Assembly: GCA_944326085.1 (NCBI GenBank)
Contig: CALVCL010000002.1
Location: 139,867-203,866, forward strand
Direction: 5' to 3'
DNA: 64,000 nucleotides
From: an uncultured Tidjanibacter sp.
Lineage (GTDB): Bacteria; Bacteroidota; Bacteroidia; Bacteroidales; Rikenellaceae
Every line of letters begins with the position of its first letter. The stretch's first letter is position 1. Made by a program: the position numbers and the translations under genes. Shown here in pieces: positions 60,753-64,000 of the stretch. The notes under the pieces are model-generated. The model saw only the letters and a program-made list of their open reading frames with translations. It did no database searches and was not told where the DNA came from.

Positions 60753-61337
60753 CTACCTCGCCGCCTGCATGCTGTCGAATACCATACGTATGGCATCGAC
60801 ATACAACGGATGCTCCACGGCATGTATCTTCGTCTCCAGTTCGTCAATGTCCCTGCCGTAATACTCGAATGCCCTCTGGGCAATGATACGGCCGCCGTCG
60901 AGCTCGCTATTCACATAATGTACCGTTACACCGTAAACCTTCACACCGTATTCAAAGGCGTCGCGTATACCGTGCGCGCCCTTGAAGGCAGGCAGCAGTG
61001 CCGGATGAATATTTATTATCCTGTTCGGAAATGCGGTAAGCATCACGTCCGTGAGTATTCTCATGTAACCCGCAAGGCACACAAGTTCCACCCCGTGTTC
61101 GCGGAGACGCTTCACGGCCTCTGCCTCGAACGCCTCTTTCGAGCCGAAATCCTTGGGACGTGCCACGAAGATATCCACCCCGAAGCGTGCAGCCCTGTCG
61201 CAGACATGCGCACCGGGCTTATCGCACACAAGCAACACCACCTCGGCATCGAGACGTCCGTCGGCACATGCCTGTGCAATGGCTTCGAAGTTACTGCCGT
61301 TGCCGCTGGCGAAAACCGCGATTTTATGCCTTGCCAT
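60753..61337 (-). CDS. purN: Phosphoribosylglycinamide formyltransferase
   Basis: ASGNGSNF, LAGYMRIL, NIHPALLP, VHYVNSELDGG. Confidence 0.96.
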   Translation of the reverse strand: MARHKIAVFASGNGSNFEAIAQACADGRLDAEVVLLVCDKPGAHVCDRAARFGVDIFVARPKDFGSKEAFEAEAVKRLREHGVELVCLAGYMRILTDVMLTAFPNRIINIHPALLPAFKGAHGIRDAFEYGVKVYGVTVHYVNSELDGGRIIAQRAFEYYGRDIDELETKIHAVEHPLYVDAIRMVFDSMQAAR

Positions 61338-61343
61338 GACGCG

Positions 61344-62369
61344 TTACTTTATAACGACACCTTCCTTGTCGGTAACACGACCTATTACGGAAGCGCGTTC
61401 ACCGTGCTTGGTGAGTATTTCGATTGCCTTGTCGACGTCGGCTTCGGGGAGTGCTATCACCATGCCGATACCCATGTTGAAGATGTTGAACATCTCCCTG
61501 TGGTTTATCTTGCCGTACTTCTCGAGGAAACGGAATACGGGGAGTATCTCCCACGAACCTTCCTTGACCTCTATGCCCTGACCTTCCTTCAGGATACGGG
61601 GAATGTTTTCGTCGAAACCGCCACCGGTGATATGGCTGATACCGTGAACGTCGCAGTGTGCGATTACGTCAAGTACCTGTTTTACATATATCTTGGTCGG
61701 GGTAATCAGCACCTCGCCGAGGGTACGTTCACCGAGTTCGGGATAGTTCTTGCCGAGTTCCAGACCGTTGTCCGACACAATCTTGCGCACGAGACTGAAG
61801 CCGTTCGAGTGAACGCCGCTCGATGCTATGCCGACGAGCACATCGCCAACCGACACCTTGGAGCAGTCGATGAGACGTGACTTCTCAACCACACCGCATG
61901 TAAAGCCTGCGATATCATAATCGTTCTTTGCATACATACCGGGCATTTCGGCCGTCTCGCCACCTACAAGTGCACAGCCTGCTTGACGGCATCCGTCTGC
62001 AACACCTGCCACAATAGCCTCCACCTTAACAGGGTCGTTCACACCGAGTGCTATGTAGTCGAGAAAGAATATTGGTTCTGCACCCTGTGCGAGAACGTCG
62101 TTCACACACATTGCCACAGCATCAATGCCTATCGTATCATGCTTGTCCAACTCGATGGCTATCTTCAACTTGGTGCCCACGCCGTCGGTACCGCTCACGA
62201 GCACCGGTTCTGCAACACCGAGCTTGGAAAGGTCGAACATGCCACCGAATGCGCCTATGTTACCCATGACACCCGTACGCGCCGTGGATGCAACGTGTTT
62301 TTTTATACGCCTTACGCCCTCATATCCTGCTTCGAGGTTCACGCCGGCCTCTTCATAGCTCTTTGCCAT
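61344..62369 (-). CDS. purM: AIR synthetase (short, 341-aa type)
   Basis: [50 protein letters not shown]. Confidence 0.96.
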   Translation of the reverse strand: MAKSYEEAGVNLEAGYEGVRRIKKHVASTARTGVMGNIGAFGGMFDLSKLGVAEPVLVSGTDGVGTKLKIAIELDKHDTIGIDAVAMCVNDVLAQGAEPIFFLDYIALGVNDPVKVEAIVAGVADGCRQAGCALVGGETAEMPGMYAKNDYDIAGFTCGVVEKSRLIDCSKVSVGDVLVGIASSGVHSNGFSLVRKIVSDNGLELGKNYPELGERTLGEVLITPTKIYVKQVLDVIAHCDVHGISHITGGGFDENIPRILKEGQGIEVKEGSWEILPVFRFLEKYGKINHREMFNIFNMGIGMVIALPEADVDKAIEILTKHGERASVIGRVTDKEGVVIK

Positions 62370-62396
62370 AACTGTATATCTATTTTCCGTATGTAT

Positions 62397-63809
62397 TTAA
62401 CATTTCTTATCCTTGTTAACATCGTATATCGACTGGTAGAGTGCCGTAGGATAGTGGCCCGTAAAACATGCCACACACATCTCCTTGCGGCAGCCGGCAG
62501 CCTTGTAAAGTGCCTCGGAAGACAGCCACTCCAAAGAGTCAGCACCTATAATTTTACGCACGGCATCGAGGTTCTTCTCACGTGCGCAGATAAGTTCATC
62601 GTATGTCGACATATCCACTCCATAGAAGCATGGATTGGTTATCGCAGGGCTGGCAATACGCATATGTATCTCCTTGGCCCCCGACTGACGAAGCATCTTT
62701 ACGATACGCCTCGATGTAGTACCGCGTACTATCGAGTCGTCAACCACCACAAGGCGTTTGCCCTCCACAATACTGTGTACAGGCGACAGTTTCATTAACA
62801 CGCCCTTCTCCCTCAACTCCTGCGAAGGCTGGATGAAGGTACGTCCCACGTATTTGTTCTTGATAAGTCCCATTTCATACGGTATGCCGCTCGCCTCGCT
62901 GTAACCTATGGCAGCGCTGAGGCTCGAATCGGGCACACCGACAACGATGTCGGCCTCCACCGGAGACTCCTCGTAAAGCATACGGCCCGTCTCCTTGCGG
63001 AACGAGTGTACGTTGATGCCCTCGATGTCGCTGTCCGGACGAGCGAAGTAAACATACTCCATTGCACACATGTTGTAGTGTTTGAACTTGGAGTAGTCCA
63101 CGCTCTGCAGACCGTTCACGTCTATTATAACCACCTCGCCAGGAGCTACATCGCGAACGAATTCGGCACCCACCACCTCGAAGGCGCACGTCTCGCTACT
63201 GACAACATATCCATTGCCGAGACGGCCTATCGACAGTGGCCTGAGACCATGCTTATCGCGGCAGGCATATATTTTGCTCGCCGTCGCTATAAGGAGTGCG
63301 AATGCACCCTCCACCATGTTGAGCGCTTCGAGTATCGGGAATATACGGTCGCGGCTGTCGGTCTCCTTCTTTATCAGATGTGCGAAGATTTCGCTGTCCG
63401 ATGTAGAGTGGAACAGGCTTCCCCGCTCCTCAAGAAACGTACGAAGCTGAACGCTGTTGACAAGGTTACCGTTGTGCGCCAACGCGAAATCGCCGGTGCT
63501 GTGCATGAACATGAACGGTTGCACGTTGTCAATACCGCCGCCTCCAGTTGTCGAATAGCGCACATGACCTATCGCCATGTTACCCGTCAACGTACGCAGA
63601 TTGTCCTCATTGAACACCTCCGTCACGAGGCCTTCGCCCTTCACGCGGTGGAACACGCGGTTGTCGACGCTCACGATACCACAACCTTCCTGACCACGGT
63701 GCTGAAGTGAATGGAGTCCGTAATAGGTAAGCGCTGCCGCATTTTCAACGCCAAAGACGCCGAAGACACCACACTCTTCATGGATTTGCCTGTCCTGATA
63801 AATAGCCAT
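62397..63809 (-). CDS. purF: Amidophosphoribosyltransferase, propeptide/[4Fe-4S] (Bacillus-like) type
   Basis: HEE-CGVFG propeptide junction, LQHRGQE, VDDSIVRGTT; Cys ligands CAME, CFYG, CVAC. Confidence 0.96.
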   Translation of the reverse strand: MAIYQDRQIHEECGVFGVFGVENAAALTYYGLHSLQHRGQEGCGIVSVDNRVFHRVKGEGLVTEVFNEDNLRTLTGNMAIGHVRYSTTGGGGIDNVQPFMFMHSTGDFALAHNGNLVNSVQLRTFLEERGSLFHSTSDSEIFAHLIKKETDSRDRIFPILEALNMVEGAFALLIATASKIYACRDKHGLRPLSIGRLGNGYVVSSETCAFEVVGAEFVRDVAPGEVVIIDVNGLQSVDYSKFKHYNMCAMEYVYFARPDSDIEGINVHSFRKETGRMLYEESPVEADIVVGVPDSSLSAAIGYSEASGIPYEMGLIKNKYVGRTFIQPSQELREKGVLMKLSPVHSIVEGKRLVVVDDSIVRGTTSRRIVKMLRQSGAKEIHMRIASPAITNPCFYGVDMSTYDELICAREKNLDAVRKIIGADSLEWLSSEALYKAAGCRKEMCVACFTGHYPTALYQSIYDVNKDKKC

Positions 63810-63816
63810 TTTATAT

Positions 63817-63822
63817 CCCTCC
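63817..63822 (-). promoter_or_regulatory. Shine-Dalgarno sequence before purF
   Basis: Minus strand GGAGGG-ATATAAA-ATG. Confidence 0.6.
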
Positions 63823-64000
63823 GAATTGTATCCGTTACAAACTCAAATTGGAAACCGTTGTTGCCTCGCACAAACTACTGACAATAAATACATTCCAATG
63901 GTTACTCAACCGCCATCCGGATTATCAGTGCCTCTCCGTGCAAGACCCCTCAAAAATATGAAATAACCGGCACATACGCAAGGGAAAACCAGCGCACATA

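Noticed and set aside
63671-63871. 66-aa ORF overlapping the purF start
   Set aside because: Out-of-frame overlap with purF and its leader; no coding signature
63823-64000. Possible purine, ZTP or PRPP-type riboswitch upstream of purF
   Set aside because: No recognisable consensus in the visible 178 nt; the leader may be cut by the window edge, so an Rfam search on extended sequence is needed
1-64000. CRISPR arrays, IS or transposases, prophage genes, invertible promoters, in-frame TGA/Sec recoding
   Set aside because: No spaced direct-repeat arrays, recombinase or transposase ORFs, paired promoter-flanking repeats or TGA-split genes were seen by eye

Overview
A 64-kb chromosomal segment from a gut-type anaerobic Bacteroidota (Bacteroidales, plausibly Rikenellaceae/Alistipes-like). 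The assignment rests on TAnnTTTG/TTTG promoters, SD-less AT-rich leaders, an S46 peptidase, a BACON lipoprotein, frdCAB and a Bacteroidota-type DksA. About 50 CDSs and one tRNA-Glu(CTC) are present; I found no CRISPR array, IS or prophage. Content: housekeeping genes (rplU-rpmA, ileS, recN, ispE/ispF, cdsA-psd, trkA, cysQ), an RND efflux operon with an AraC regulator, the succinate-propionate module (mce, Na+-pumping mmd decarboxylase, frdCAB), a five-gene hfs-like [FeFe]-hydrogenase sensing/H2-evolving cluster, a hemerythrin plus pseudo-receiver LuxR pair, a copper locus, and a Firmicutes-style purF-M-N-H-D-folD operon. The standout is copA, which is split at an A10 run. The zero frame yields an 88-aa CopZ-like HMA protein ending in A_AAA_AAG-UAG, followed 8 nt later by a 9-bp hairpin; a -1 shift restores a ~731-aa Cu-ATPase. 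This is a candidate recoding or phase-variation system, the mirror image of E. coli copA, but a homopolymer assembly error is not excluded. Product calls come from motif recognition by eye; no database searches were run.
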